Shown one piece after another: positions 10,467 through 21,187 of a DNA stretch of 64,000 nt. Both the position numbers and the translations under genes were made by a program. The DNA lies in the NCBI GenBank assembly GCA_029258885.1, contig JAPDJW010000009.1, positions 32,001 through 96,000 on the forward strand, written 5' to 3'. The number at the start of each line of letters is the position of its first letter. Within the stretch, counting starts at the first letter, position 1. This DNA comes from Thermoproteota archaeon. Lineage in GTDB: Archaea > Thermoproteota > Thermoprotei > Thermofilales > B9-G17. The notes under the pieces are model-generated. The model was not told where the DNA came from, searched no databases, and was given only the letters and a program-made list of their open reading frames with translations.

Positions 10467-10712
10467 TTACGCCGATGACGGCTTACCCCGTAACCCGCAC
10501 CCAGTGGTGTGCGGGAATGTAGCTCCCAATAAACCACCGAAAAATGAAGTGAATGAGGAAGAAGCCCCTGCAAGCCATCAAAATATCGAAAATACCCAAA
10601 GATAATGCACAGGCAACCATTCACAGTAAACCTCATCATATACCTTAAGGAAATGATTAGGCTATTCCAGCCCGAAGAGATAGGCGTTGCTGAAAGCCGA
10701 GGAATTACCCAT
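10467..10712 (-). pseudogene. Possible decayed membrane-protein fragment
   Basis: One frame reads MGNSSAFSNAYLFGLE*PNHFLKVY...YLWVFSIF*WLAGASSSFTSFFGGLLGATFP with two in-frame stops and hydrophobic, MFS-like composition. Confidence 0.25.
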
Positions 10713-10881
10713 TACTTTAGCGCTGAACGGGAACTATTCAGTTAAAATTTTTGCCTATTGTCCATAAACGCTAAATTGAGGGGATATTTAGAAGCGTAAT
10801 GTTTAGTTAAGCCCTATATTTCTCAGCATTAATAGAAACATTTATTAATGTCGATGAATAGCTGGTTTACTCCGTGATATT

Positions 10882-13056
10882 ATGGATTCGTCCGGCTCCC
10901 TAGATTCAGGGGAGGAGGAACCACCAGATAAAATAAGGAAGATAATTGAGGATAAAGTTGGGGAGCCGGTAATCTACCTGGCTGAAAGCGACCTAAATAG
11001 GGACGGCTTCTTCGGTAGAGAATATCTAGCTGTAATCGACGGAAGAATACTAGTACTTAATCGAGACTATGAGATAATCGGCGAATATAGGCTGAGGGAT
11101 ATTGACTCAATTGAGGTCAGGGACTACCTGGGGGGAGGCGAGGTAGAGGTCGAGATGGCTGGACGCTACATAACGTTAATAAGATTCACGAGAAGCAAGG
11201 TCGATGAATTTAGGAAGCTCGTGAGAGTAGTATACGGAATAAAATACGGTGGTCTAAAGCCCGAATATCTAAATGAAGATTATTCGAGCAATAATAACTC
11301 CGCTAAGAAGACTGATACGTTAAGAAGGTTGCTGAAGTATCTGCTTCCATATAAGAAGCTTGGAGCTCTAGCCCTAGCTTTATCACTGATATTAACTGGA
11401 TTAAATCTAGCTCCACCATATCTATTTAAGATACTGATAGACGATGTTTTAACGGGCGGAAACGTAAGTCTCCTACCAAATATTATAGCCATGCTAATAG
11501 CAGTATACGCCCTGAAGACGATCGTCGATATAGGTAGAAGCTACATTCTATCGGTGTTAAGCCAGAAGGTAGTATTCGATATGAGGAAGGAGCTCTTCGA
11601 GCACATACAGAAGCTATCGCTAGGATTCTACGATAAATACAGCTCAGGCAGGCTACTCTCCAGAATAACCTCCGACACAAGCAGGATCATGTGGTTCCTA
11701 ACCTGGGGAGTCCAGTCGCTAGTAATAAACACGTTGACCGTAGTCGGCATAGGGGTAATAATATTCTCGATAGACTGGAGGCTATCGCTCTTCGCCCTAG
11801 CCCCCGTACCGATAGTAGTCGCTGGCATATACAAGTTCAAGAAGAAGTCCAGGAGAATATACCATAAGGCGTGGAGGAAATGGTCGGATGTAAACGTAAT
11901 ACTCGTAGACACAATTCCAGGAGCAATAGTAGTTAAATCCTTCAACAGGGAGGACTACGAGTTCAGAAGATTCATATCAAGACTCAGGGACGTAGTTAAG
12001 GCAAACATAAACGTAACCAAGTTGAGGCTAGAGTTCTTCCCAGCACTAGGATTCATAATGTCCCTGGGAGGAGCGGTAATATGGTGGATAGGCGGAATGG
12101 AGGTATTAAAGGGAACACTAACCCTAGGAACATTAACTGCCTTCATAAGCTACATGTGGCAGTTCTACGGACCAATCCAATCCCTAAGCAACCTCATACA
12201 GCCCCTACAGGAGGCGCTAACCTCTGGAGAAAGGGTATTTGAAATACTCAACGTAAAGCCTGAAATAGAGGACCAGCCGGATTCGGTGGACTTCGAGTTC
12301 AAGGGACATATAAAGTTCGAGAACGTATGCTTCGGATACGAGAAGTACGTAGATACGGTAAGGGACATAAACCTAGAGATAAGGCCGGGCGAGGTAGTAG
12401 GAATAGTCGGCCCAAGCGGCTCAGGCAAAACCACTTTAATGAAGCTACTACTGAGGTTCTACGATCCATCCAGCGGAAGAATACTAATAGATGGAGTAGA
12501 CATAAGGAAGATAAAGCTAAGCTCCCTCAGGAGGCAGATAGGGATAGTCCTACAGGAGCCAATATTATTCAGCGGAACAATAGCCCACAACATAGCCTAT
12601 GGAAAGCTTGATGCAGAGCCGGAGGAAATAATTGCAGCTGCAAAGGCCGCATACGCCCACAACTTTATAATGAAGCTACCGCTAGCCTACGATTCACCAG
12701 TAGGTGAGAGAGGCTCACGACTATCCGGGGGAGAGAGGCAGAGAATAGCCATAGCTAGAGCACTGATAACGGATCCCAAAATACTGATACTCGATGAAGC
12801 CACGTCATCGGTAGATACGATAACCGAGAGGCTAATACAGAAGGCGTTGGAAAACCTCATCAAAGGAAGGACGACGATAATAATTGCACACAGGCTATCC
12901 ACGGTAAAGAACGCCGATAAGATAGTAGTTATGCATAATGGAAGAATAGTTGAAGTTGGAACACACAGCGAACTACTGAGGAGAAACGGATTATATAAGA
13001 GACTGTGGGAGGCACAGTTCGAGGAAACAAAGGTCGAGGCAATAAAGGTGAGATAA
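10882..13056 (+). CDS. ABC transporter, fused permease/ATPase with N-terminal extension (DUF1854-associated type)
   Basis: Six-TM ABC_membrane region, Walker A GPSGSGKTT, LSGGERQR signature, ILDEATS; ~140-aa N-terminal PH-like extension. Confidence 0.93.
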   Translation: MDSSGSLDSGEEEPPDKIRKIIEDKVGEPVIYLAESDLNRDGFFGREYLAVIDGRILVLNRDYEIIGEYRLRDIDSIEVRDYLGGGEVEVEMAGRYITLIRFTRSKVDEFRKLVRVVYGIKYGGLKPEYLNEDYSSNNNSAKKTDTLRRLLKYLLPYKKLGALALALSLILTGLNLAPPYLFKILIDDVLTGGNVSLLPNIIAMLIAVYALKTIVDIGRSYILSVLSQKVVFDMRKELFEHIQKLSLGFYDKYSSGRLLSRITSDTSRIMWFLTWGVQSLVINTLTVVGIGVIIFSIDWRLSLFALAPVPIVVAGIYKFKKKSRRIYHKAWRKWSDVNVILVDTIPGAIVVKSFNREDYEFRRFISRLRDVVKANINVTKLRLEFFPALGFIMSLGGAVIWWIGGMEVLKGTLTLGTLTAFISYMWQFYGPIQSLSNLIQPLQEALTSGERVFEILNVKPEIEDQPDSVDFEFKGHIKFENVCFGYEKYVDTVRDINLEIRPGEVVGIVGPSGSGKTTLMKLLLRFYDPSSGRILIDGVDIRKIKLSSLRRQIGIVLQEPILFSGTIAHNIAYGKLDAEPEEIIAAAKAAYAHNFIMKLPLAYDSPVGERGSRLSGGERQRIAIARALITDPKILILDEATSSVDTITERLIQKALENLIKGRTTIIIAHRLSTVKNADKIVVMHNGRIVEVGTHSELLRRNGLYKRLWEAQFEETKVEAIKVR

Positions 13057-13544
13057 TGTATAGGAAATGGATAAACCTAGTAGATCCAAAGGAGGTAGAG
13101 GCACGTTTTTCAGAGAAAGGCAACGCCCTAACACTCAAGGTAAACGGCGTAACATACAGCGAGGTAGTACCTAGAAAACCATTCCCACTATCTAGGCCGA
13201 ATTTCATAATATTCACAACAAGAGATGGAGAGGAAATATGTGCAGTAAAAGACTACACGAAAATGGATCCAAGCTCAGTTAAAGCGGTAGAGAAGCTACT
13301 AAACAAAATGTACTTCATACCAAAAATAAAGAGGGTAATCGCCCTAAACTACGAGGGTGGAGCCTATGTATGGGCGGTTGAAACAGATAAAGGCAGGAGA
13401 GAGTTCAAAACAAGAGGAAGAAGAATATACCAAATGGATGACGGAAAAATAGTAATCACAGATACTCATGGAAACGTATATTTGATAGAAAACCCAGCAA
13501 GACTAGATAGAAGAAGCAGAGAAATGCTAGAAGAAATAGTCTAG
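13056..13544 (+). CDS. DUF1854 family protein
   Basis: PRKPFPLSRP, YFIPKI..V, W.VETDKG.R.F, DTHGN.Y.I. ATG 13056 overlaps the ABC stop (TAATG); the ORF track start at 13005 is too long. Confidence 0.8.
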   Translation: MYRKWINLVDPKEVEARFSEKGNALTLKVNGVTYSEVVPRKPFPLSRPNFIIFTTRDGEEICAVKDYTKMDPSSVKAVEKLLNKMYFIPKIKRVIALNYEGGAYVWAVETDKGRREFKTRGRRIYQMDDGKIVITDTHGNVYLIENPARLDRRSREMLEEIV

Positions 13545-13740
13545 TAATCGAAGGATCTCTCCAGAAACTCTCTTTTAAATGAAACTCCTCATGTCAGAGG
13601 CCGACAACATATGTTATTTTCTCAAAATCCTTAAGTTTTCTATAATATTTTAGCTTTTTACTAGCCTACCAGTTCTCGCTTAATTGATGCAACACTTATG
13701 ACACAGAAATTTTATATATCCCCTTGCTCAACGATTAAAC

Positions 13741-13941
13741 GTGAAGACAATAACGATAAGCGATGATGTATATAGAAAGCTTGTTGCAATTAAGGGCAAT
13801 AGAACATTTTCTCAGATTATTGATGAATTAATTACACGTGACATTAGTAGGCGAGTGGAAGAGATAATTAGAATCGCTACCAGTAGACCTGAAGGTGTCA
13901 ATGAGCTTGAAAGAATAGTTAAAATAATTAGGGAGCCATGA
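13741..13941 (+). CDS. VapB-type antitoxin (MKTITISDDVY family); no adjacent toxin
   Basis: MKTITISDDVYRKL..IKG..TFS.II.ELI signature. Confidence 0.8.
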   Translation: MKTITISDDVYRKLVAIKGNRTFSQIIDELITRDISRRVEEIIRIATSRPEGVNELERIVKIIREP

Positions 13942-14023
13942 CGTAATCTAATACTTATAATGGGGAATTAGTGAATATGCCTTCAAAACTTTTTCTATAA
14001 AAACTAAAGGCTAAAGGTTGAAT

Positions 14024-15397
14024 TTATGAAATAAATTTATACATACTCTTTATTTTTTCTATATTCTTTCTTATCTGCTCCTCAGGATAGTAGTATGGCT
14101 TCAAGTTTCCGTTAAAATACTCTTCATATGCCTTCATGTCGAAGAATCCATGCCCACTTAAATTAAACAGTATAGTTATCTCCTCATTTCTCTCCCTAGC
14201 CTTAACCGCTTCATCTATCGTCGCCTTAACGGCGTGAGCCGACTCCGGAGCCGGCAGAATCCCCTCAACCTTAGTGAATAGGGTTGCAGCCTCAAACACG
14301 CTAACCTGATCATAGGCGACAGCGTCCACGTAACCCTCAACTATAAGCAGGCTTAGAGTCGGCGCATTGCCGTGATACCTTAATCCGCCAGCGTGTATAG
14401 GCGGTGGAATAAATTCATGGCCTAAAGTGTGCATTTTAATTAATGGTGTAATACGTGCAGTGTCTCCGTGGTCGTACGTATATATTCCTCGTGTTAAAGT
14501 GGGGCATGCGGTAGCTTCGGCCGCAATAAACCTAATGTCCTTAGGAGCCTTACCGGAGACCTTATCGTAGTAGAAAGGCCAGAAGAGACCGGAGAAGTTG
14601 CTGCCTCCTCCAACACACCCTATAACAACGTCGGGATAATCGTCCATAAGCTCTATTTGATGCTTAGCCTCGAGGCCAACGACCGTCTGATGCATTAAAA
14701 CGTGGTTTAGAACGCTGCCCAGCGAGTACTTGGCATCATCATGAGTAACTGCATCCTCGATAGCCTCACTAATAGCAATACCCAAACTACCCGGATTATC
14801 GGGATCCATCTCCCTAAGCCTCCTACCGTACTTCGTCCTATCGCTTGGACTAGGCACAACATCGGCACCATAGGCCTGCATTAGAACCCTCCTATAGGGC
14901 TTCTGGTAGTAGCTCACCCTAACCATATATATTGTAGCCTTCAATCCGAAGATGGAGCATGCGAAGGCAAGCGCCGAGCCCCACTGCCCAGCTCCAGTCT
15001 CTGTTGTAAGCCTCTCAATACCCTCCCTCATGTTGAAGTATGCCTGTGCAACCGCAGTATTAGGCTTATGACTACCGGGAGGACTAACTCCCTCATATTT
15101 ATAGTAGATTCTAGCCGGAGTCTTAAGGTACTTCTCAAGCCTAGCAGCCCTAATTAAAGGCGTAGGACGCCATAGACTATACGCCTCCCTAACCTCCTCA
15201 GGTATGGGTATCCACCTATCCATAGAATACTCTTGTCTAACGAGTTCCTTAGCGAAGAGAGGTTCAAGATCTGATGGCTTAACTGGCTCCCCAGTAGCAG
15301 GGTTAATCATGAGTGGAAGAGGCTTAGGGAGATCCGGCAGAATATTATACCACTGCTTGGGTATCTTATCCTCATTAAGCACTATTTTTCTCATCAT
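14024..15397 (-). CDS. trpB2: TrpB2 (tryptophan synthase beta-like PLP enzyme)
   Basis: [17 protein letters not shown] (PLP lysine), [37 protein letters not shown]. Confidence 0.95.
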   Translation of the reverse strand: MMRKIVLNEDKIPKQWYNILPDLPKPLPLMINPATGEPVKPSDLEPLFAKELVRQEYSMDRWIPIPEEVREAYSLWRPTPLIRAARLEKYLKTPARIYYKYEGVSPPGSHKPNTAVAQAYFNMREGIERLTTETGAGQWGSALAFACSIFGLKATIYMVRVSYYQKPYRRVLMQAYGADVVPSPSDRTKYGRRLREMDPDNPGSLGIAISEAIEDAVTHDDAKYSLGSVLNHVLMHQTVVGLEAKHQIELMDDYPDVVIGCVGGGSNFSGLFWPFYYDKVSGKAPKDIRFIAAEATACPTLTRGIYTYDHGDTARITPLIKMHTLGHEFIPPPIHAGGLRYHGNAPTLSLLIVEGYVDAVAYDQVSVFEAATLFTKVEGILPAPESAHAVKATIDEAVKARERNEEITILFNLSGHGFFDMKAYEEYFNGNLKPYYYPEEQIRKNIEKIKSMYKFIS

Positions 15398-15518
15398 ATT
15401 TGATCACCGTAACGCAGAAACATACTATATTTAACATTTATATACTTTATTGTACAAAAAAGTACATTATTGAACTGACAATAATACTTAAATTCGATAT
15501 CCGTATATCAATATGTAG

Positions 15519-16031
15519 ATGAGAATCTGGGACGTTATTGAGGAGAAATTTGGGAGAAGCAGTAAAAAAATTGCAGTAATTAAAACACTAATGATGTATG
15601 GGTTTAGAATAGACGGGAATGGTATAATATACTGTGGTAAAGTAAAGATACCGTATGTTTCTGTGGCTAGGGCATGTAACGTGGATAGGAGAACAGTGAA
15701 GGAGACGGTAAAAGATCTGCTTAAAAACAATATACTAAGAGAGTTTTTCATGAATCTAGAGCCGGCTGGCGCATTCCTGAGGAAGGTGGCTAAGATCTTG
15801 GGGTATAGGTGTCTAGTTATAAGGGCTGTTGAGGATAAGCCCGGCATATTAGCTATGGTTTCAACAGCATTAGCTAAGAGGAACGTGAATATTGTTCAGG
15901 TGATAGCTGAAGACCCCAATCTATTCGAGAACCCAAGGCTATACATAATAACGAGCAACGAGATACCTGGCGATGCGATAAGCGAAATCCTGCAGAATAA
16001 GGATATGATAGAAAGCCTAACAATATTTTAG
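15519..16031 (+). CDS. ACT-domain regulator of amino-acid metabolism (archaeal)
   Basis: N-terminal HTH (VARACNVDRRTV) and ACT motif DKPGILA.V...LA...VNI.QV; divergent from trpB2. Confidence 0.85.
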   Translation: MRIWDVIEEKFGRSSKKIAVIKTLMMYGFRIDGNGIIYCGKVKIPYVSVARACNVDRRTVKETVKDLLKNNILREFFMNLEPAGAFLRKVAKILGYRCLVIRAVEDKPGILAMVSTALAKRNVNIVQVIAEDPNLFENPRLYIITSNEIPGDAISEILQNKDMIESLTIF

Positions 16032-16098
16032 TCAAGCTATTTTCTCAGCTACAGGTCATGGAGAATATATTTTTAAACATATTTGATTAACTAGTACT

Positions 16099-16896
16099 GT
16101 GGATGTGATCGATTTGAGGATAATTAGGCAACTTGAAATAGTTAAGCATTATATGAATGAGTTTACCCTATATATGAAGAGGAAAGAAGATATATATTCG
16201 CTTGAAAGATTAGTTGAGCTTTTAACACAATCCCTTCTAGACTTAGGAGCTATGTATTTAGTAGCTGTTGGAGAAGCTAAACCCGACACCTATAGGGGCG
16301 TTATTAGGAGTTTTGCGGAGAGGGTTGGTTTAGATAGCAGGCAGAGGACTTTTCTAGAGGAGCTGGCAGGATTTAGAAATATTCTAGTACATAGATATGC
16401 TGAGATAGATAGAGAGGTCGAGCTAGTAGCATTTAAGGAAATACTAGATAAAATTCCTGAAATAGTTAAAGCTATAGGCGATTTCCTAGAGAAGGCGGAA
16501 GTGGGTCCAACGATTTCTGATTTAGAGGTTAAGTTGAGTAAAGTCTTTAAGAGGCATGGAGTTAGGTATGCCGTTGTCTTCGGCTCTATAGCTAGACAAG
16601 GCCATGGTAGAGATATCGACATAGCTGTTTCATGGAATATAGATAGCATGTTAAAGCTTGGACGGCTTTTAGTGGATATCGCTGATGCACTAAACGTTCA
16701 CGAGGACACGATAGACCTGGTTCACATAGAGTCAGCACCGCTATCCCTTATTAAGTCAATAATAGAGGATGGCAAGATAATATATGGAGATAGAGATATC
16801 GTACTTAAGGAGCTAACAAAATACTACCTAGAATATCTGGATGTAAACGAGACCTACAGGTACGTTAAGGATGTGCTGAAAAAACCTTATAGCTAG
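16099..16896 (+). CDS. HEPN (HepT/DUF86)-MNT fusion protein
   Basis: N-terminal LAGFRNILVHRY (RX4HXY) and C-terminal FGSIARQGHGRDIDIAV (GS-x-DxD) in one uninterrupted frame. Confidence 0.85.
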   Translation: MDVIDLRIIRQLEIVKHYMNEFTLYMKRKEDIYSLERLVELLTQSLLDLGAMYLVAVGEAKPDTYRGVIRSFAERVGLDSRQRTFLEELAGFRNILVHRYAEIDREVELVAFKEILDKIPEIVKAIGDFLEKAEVGPTISDLEVKLSKVFKRHGVRYAVVFGSIARQGHGRDIDIAVSWNIDSMLKLGRLLVDIADALNVHEDTIDLVHIESAPLSLIKSIIEDGKIIYGDRDIVLKELTKYYLEYLDVNETYRYVKDVLKKPYS

Positions 16897-16910
16897 AGCA
16901 AACGTTATAG

Positions 16911-17834
16911 CTACCCTAAGGGTATGTATATCGGCTCATTATCCGTGGCTATCCGGGAATGCCTTGCAAGCCTCTCCCTAAAATCCTTCGTTAATACGAA
17001 TATCCTACTATGTGTAACGCCGTCGTATGCTCTAAGCCCATTAATTCGATGCTTAGCCAACATTTCATCAATATACTCAGCCTTCATCTCCGATGCACGC
17101 CTCCCACTCTTAGACGCTATAGTAAAGCTCCACTCACTAAAGAAGGCTGGAACAAACGTATGGTATACCTCAACGGCAGGAAATACCTGAGTCAACGTCT
17201 TATATATCGTCCTCAAAACGTCCTCTTGGAAGTATAGGCTTCCCGACTGGGTCACAAACACTCCATTATCGCTAAGCCTATCATATATAAGTCTATAGAA
17301 CTCAAGGGTATACAGGTATACTGCAGGACCTCCTTCGAGAGGATCAACTAAATCGGCTATAATGACGTCGAAGGCATCCTTAGACTCCTCAATATACTTT
17401 CTGCCATCAGCTATAACTAGCTCAACGCGTGGATCATCAAATGAGCCTCTATGCCACTCAACGAGATTTCGCTTAGAATATTCTATGAAGTCTCCATCGA
17501 TATCAACCATAACTACATGCTTAACACAATCGTACCTTAAAACCTCCCTCAATGTAGCGCCTTCACCACCGCCTAAAATAAGCACTTTCGAAGGGTTGCC
17601 GTGAAGCAACATAGCTGGGTGAACCAGCGTCTCATGGTATATGTATTCATCGTAGAGGGATGACTGAAGCTTGCCGTCAATAAATAATGCCTTACCGAAG
17701 AAAGGCAATTCAACCAAGTCGATTTGCTGATACTTGGTCTTAAACGAGGAGATGTAGTGTTTAACACCATATATACATCCAACCTGGGATGGATAATACC
17801 AGTCTATAAACCAGCTGCGAATACCCGAACTCAT
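16911..17834 (-). CDS. speE: Polyamine aminopropyltransferase, paralog 1 (GGGEG type)
   Basis: YQQID, GKALFIDGKLQS, YHETLVHP, LILGGGEG, VDID, DVIIADL. Confidence 0.92.
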   Translation of the reverse strand: MSSGIRSWFIDWYYPSQVGCIYGVKHYISSFKTKYQQIDLVELPFFGKALFIDGKLQSSLYDEYIYHETLVHPAMLLHGNPSKVLILGGGEGATLREVLRYDCVKHVVMVDIDGDFIEYSKRNLVEWHRGSFDDPRVELVIADGRKYIEESKDAFDVIIADLVDPLEGGPAVYLYTLEFYRLIYDRLSDNGVFVTQSGSLYFQEDVLRTIYKTLTQVFPAVEVYHTFVPAFFSEWSFTIASKSGRRASEMKAEYIDEMLAKHRINGLRAYDGVTHSRIFVLTKDFRERLARHSRIATDNEPIYIPLG

Positions 17835-18067
17835 AGCTAAGATAATAGGAAAACAAAGTATTTAAACCCATCTCCAAGCAAGTGAAGAGGGTATACAATG
17901 CAGAATTAACATCAGTTACCATTATCAAACCAGTATTTCACGAATGAACTAAAAAATACAGCTCAATCCATAATATATTCTAAAAAATTAGCTATATCGA
18001 AGCCAGCAATCTAAAATAAATCAATATAATAAGGATTTACTCTCGTGCTTAATAGCGTGGATAAAGG

Positions 18068-18988
18068 TTATTCGTATAACACTACCTTGTTTTCATCCGT
18101 AAGTATCCTCTTATCCTCGGATAGACGCCTACGTATATGGGGTGGAATAGCAAATAAAGCCATTAACGTATCCTCAGTTAGGAACTTAGTCTTACCCTCA
18201 AGCATCCCCTTAAACCTGCTGGACAACACGTTTAAATCTAATTCTCTGTCGGAGGCTATAGTGAAAGTCCACTCATCGATAAACGATCTAACATAAGCCT
18301 TAGCAAGCCTAACGTTCCTAAAAACGCTATTGACGGTATTATAGATGAGGCTAACATACTTCAACTGGTAGTGTAGCCCAAGGCTCTGAGTAACGAGAAC
18401 ACCGTTCTCATTAAGCCTACGTTTAGCAGCCCTATAGAACTCCCTAGTATAAATGTGGGCTGAAACATCAGATAAATCGGTTACATCAACTATAATAACA
18501 TCAAACTTCCCATCATGTTCCTCAATATACTTCCTACCATCCATATAAACGACCTTAACCCTAGGATCCTTGAAGGCGCCGTCCGGTATCATAGGCATAA
18601 ACTTCTCAACAAGCTCAATAACGCTAGGATCAAGCTCAACCAGAACAACAGATTCAACGCAATCGTACTTTAAAACCTCCCTTAACGCCCCGCCATCCCC
18701 GCCGCCTATAATTAAAACCCTATGGGGGGAGCCGTGGAAAAGCATTGCAGGGTGAACCAGTGCCTCATGGTATATCCACTCATCCGAGACACAGACCTGA
18801 AGATGATTATCAATATACAGCGATAGCCCGCCATCAACAATATCCAGTACTTCAACGACCTGATGCTCCGAACGCTTGGAATAAACAACATCCTTAACCT
18901 CATCAAAAGTGTAGAGGCTATCAGTAACCTTCTCCACATAATACAGTTTATCCCCAATCCTCCTCAAACCAACAGCAACCCCAGACAC
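18068..18988 (-). CDS. speE: Polyamine aminopropyltransferase, paralog 2 (GGGDG type)
   Basis: YHEALVHP, LIIGGGDGG, VELD, DVIIVD. The ORF track starts at 19030; GTG 18988, about 25 nt after a TTATAT box, is the more plausible start. Confidence 0.88.
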   Translation of the reverse strand: MSGVAVGLRRIGDKLYYVEKVTDSLYTFDEVKDVVYSKRSEHQVVEVLDIVDGGLSLYIDNHLQVCVSDEWIYHEALVHPAMLFHGSPHRVLIIGGGDGGALREVLKYDCVESVVLVELDPSVIELVEKFMPMIPDGAFKDPRVKVVYMDGRKYIEEHDGKFDVIIVDVTDLSDVSAHIYTREFYRAAKRRLNENGVLVTQSLGLHYQLKYVSLIYNTVNSVFRNVRLAKAYVRSFIDEWTFTIASDRELDLNVLSSRFKGMLEGKTKFLTEDTLMALFAIPPHIRRRLSEDKRILTDENKVVLYE

Positions 18989-19089
18989 AAGGGGATAAAA
19001 CCAAATACACCATATAAGCTTTACCTTCACTAAAATAAAGAGCTAAGCCATAAGTAAATTCATAAGCCATATAGATAAAGGTAGACTGT

Positions 19090-19329
19090 ATGCGTAAAAG
19101 ACAAGTAAACCTTAAGCTAGAGGCCAGCCTAGTTAAGGAGGTCGAGGAACTCGTAGAAAAAGGGTATTTTAGGAGCAAGACTGAAGCATTCACGAAGGCA
19201 CTACAGCTCCTAATAAGAACCTATAAAGCCAAGGAAATAAGGGAGAAAATTGAGGATATTAGAAGGGAAACCGAAAACCTGCCAAGCACAACTAAAGCCG
19301 TAGCAGAGCTACATGAGGAAGAGGATTAA
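19090..19329 (+). CDS. Ribbon-helix-helix (CopG/ParD-like) antitoxin or regulator; no adjacent toxin
   Basis: QVNLKL...LVKEVEELVEKGYFRSKTEAF..AL..L. Confidence 0.8.
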   Translation: MRKRQVNLKLEASLVKEVEELVEKGYFRSKTEAFTKALQLLIRTYKAKEIREKIEDIRRETENLPSTTKAVAELHEEED

Positions 19330-19470
19330 CGTTATCCGCTAAGGAAGCCGTAATCCTTCGATACTCTTAAAGCGGCCTAATAGAGGCGAAATGAAACATC
19401 ATGTAAGTAGGGAATATATTCGTAAACTAAGTTAGCAAAATTAAAGAACCGTAGTCAATATTTTTCAACT

Positions 19471-19824
19471 ATGAGAATTAAGACGGGCTTCGGATGGATA
19501 GAGGTAAACGGAGAAACATATAGGGAGGACATAGTCATACACGTCGACGGAAAAATAACCTACAGGGATAAATCGCTATCAAGACATTTAAGGCACCTCT
19601 ACGGTCACACACCATTAACGAAAAGAGAACTGGAATTCCTAGAGCAGGAGAAGCCTGAAATAGTATACATAGGCACGGGACAATATGGAGCACTACCAAT
19701 AACGGAGGATGCAAGGAAGTACCTAAGCAAATTTAAAACAATAATAAAGCCAACACCAGAAGCAATAAAAGACATAGAAAAGGAAAACAGAAAATACACA
19801 GCAATACTACACGTAACATGCTAA
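19471..19824 (+). CDS. Mth938-like (DUF498) domain protein
   Basis: FGWIEVNG..Y..DIVI, PEIVYIGTGQYG, TPEAI, AILHVTC. Confidence 0.88.
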   Translation: MRIKTGFGWIEVNGETYREDIVIHVDGKITYRDKSLSRHLRHLYGHTPLTKRELEFLEQEKPEIVYIGTGQYGALPITEDARKYLSKFKTIIKPTPEAIKDIEKENRKYTAILHVTC

Positions 19825-19858
19825 GTAAACAGATAATCAAAAATGAGGTTAAAGATAT

Positions 19859-21041
19859 TTATTCAGCTTCTCTACTCTTAGAAGACTTTCTTCGCTTCCT
19901 TTTCCTCTTCCTCTTTTCCTCCTTCTCCCTCTCCTCCCTCATCTTACAGAGAGCATGACCAACCATAATCGATGCATACAGGTGAAGCTTCCAAGCCTCA
20001 GGACGATCCATATACTCCCAAACAACCTTCCTAGCAAGATCCCTAAACTCAACAGCTTCCTCATAAGTCAACTCATCCTTCTCAAAAAGCTCCTTAAGCC
20101 TCCTAAACTCCTCCTTAGTAAGAGGATTAATCACAGCAAGCCTTATCAAACTCTCAGCCTGACTCTTAACAAAAGTAGCCTTCTCCCTAGCCAAAACACC
20201 CTCAGAAGTCAAATACTCAACAAAAAAACTCCTGATAACTAACAAAAGCCCTACCCAACCCAACGACACGCCTACTTAAAACATCAAACCTAGAATCAAC
20301 ATACCTCCTAAACTCCCCAAACTCCTCCACAAGCTCCCCGACCCTACCCTCCAAAACCCCAACACGATCAACAAGCTCCCCAACAACCCTCCTCAAATCA
20401 CCAACCTCACCCTCAAGCCTACCAACCCTACCACCCAACTCCCCCACCACCCCCTCCAACCCAACAATCCTATCATTCAACCGACCAACCTCACCCTCAA
20501 GCCTGCCTATTCTACCATTTAACTCGCTCAATCCACTTTCAAGCTTTTCGTTTCTCTCCTCAAGCCTACCCATTCTACCGTTCAACAGGCTCGCCTCATT
20601 CTCAAGCTTACCTATTCTGCTATTAAGCTGGCTTACCTCGTTCTCAAGCTTTCCAGTTCTCTCCTCAAGCTTACCCATTCTACCGTTAAGCTAGTCTACC
20701 TTACCCTCAACCCTCCCAAGTCTTTCCTCAAGCCCCCCTACCCTATCCTCCAATGAATCCATTCTATTTTCCAGCGCCTTCAACCTATTCTCAACGCCAT
20801 CAAGCCTCTCCTCAATCCTCCCAATCCTAGACTCCACATCAATAAACTTCTTCTTAAACCAGTCAGAATTCTCCTCAAGAGACCTAATCCTAGACTCAAT
20901 AACATCAAACCTCTCATAAACCCTCCTAAACTCCCCCTCAATAGATGAAAACCTCCCCCCAAGCCAGTAAACGATACCACCAAGTACAGAAATAACCGTA
21001 ACACCTGTACCAACGATAGCCAACAGCAACTCAAACTCCAT
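19859..21041 (-). pseudogene. N-terminally anchored heptad-repeat coiled-coil protein broken by one in-frame TAG and one frameshift (three ORF-track pieces)
   Basis: GAC TAG CTT AAC GGT AGA ATG: the stop at 20691-20693 is in frame with the 20678 ORF. A T7 run (20222-20228) gives GAG TTT TTT TGT TGA, whereas T6 would give EFFVEYLTSEG and continue into the 19859 ORF. Confidence 0.8.
20401..20687. repeat. Heptad-scale DNA repeats inside the coiled-coil gene
   Basis: ccaacctcaccctcaagcct at 20401 and 20485 (84 nt apart); 31-nt copies at 20552-20582 and 20657-20687 (105 nt apart, 1 mismatch). Confidence 0.8.
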
Positions 21042-21187
21042 AATACCACATAATAAAATAACAAAAAACTAAATAAAACTAACGCAAAACCATTACACAA
21101 GTCCTATAAATAACAATCCACCCTAACAAACATATACAGACTAATATCACACCAACTAAATAAAACCAATCACAACTTAAAGGGAAA

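Noticed and set aside
10369-10639. ORF-track 78-aa (+) and 80-aa (-) ORFs
   Set aside because: No motifs and atypical composition; a third, stop-interrupted frame looks more protein-like.
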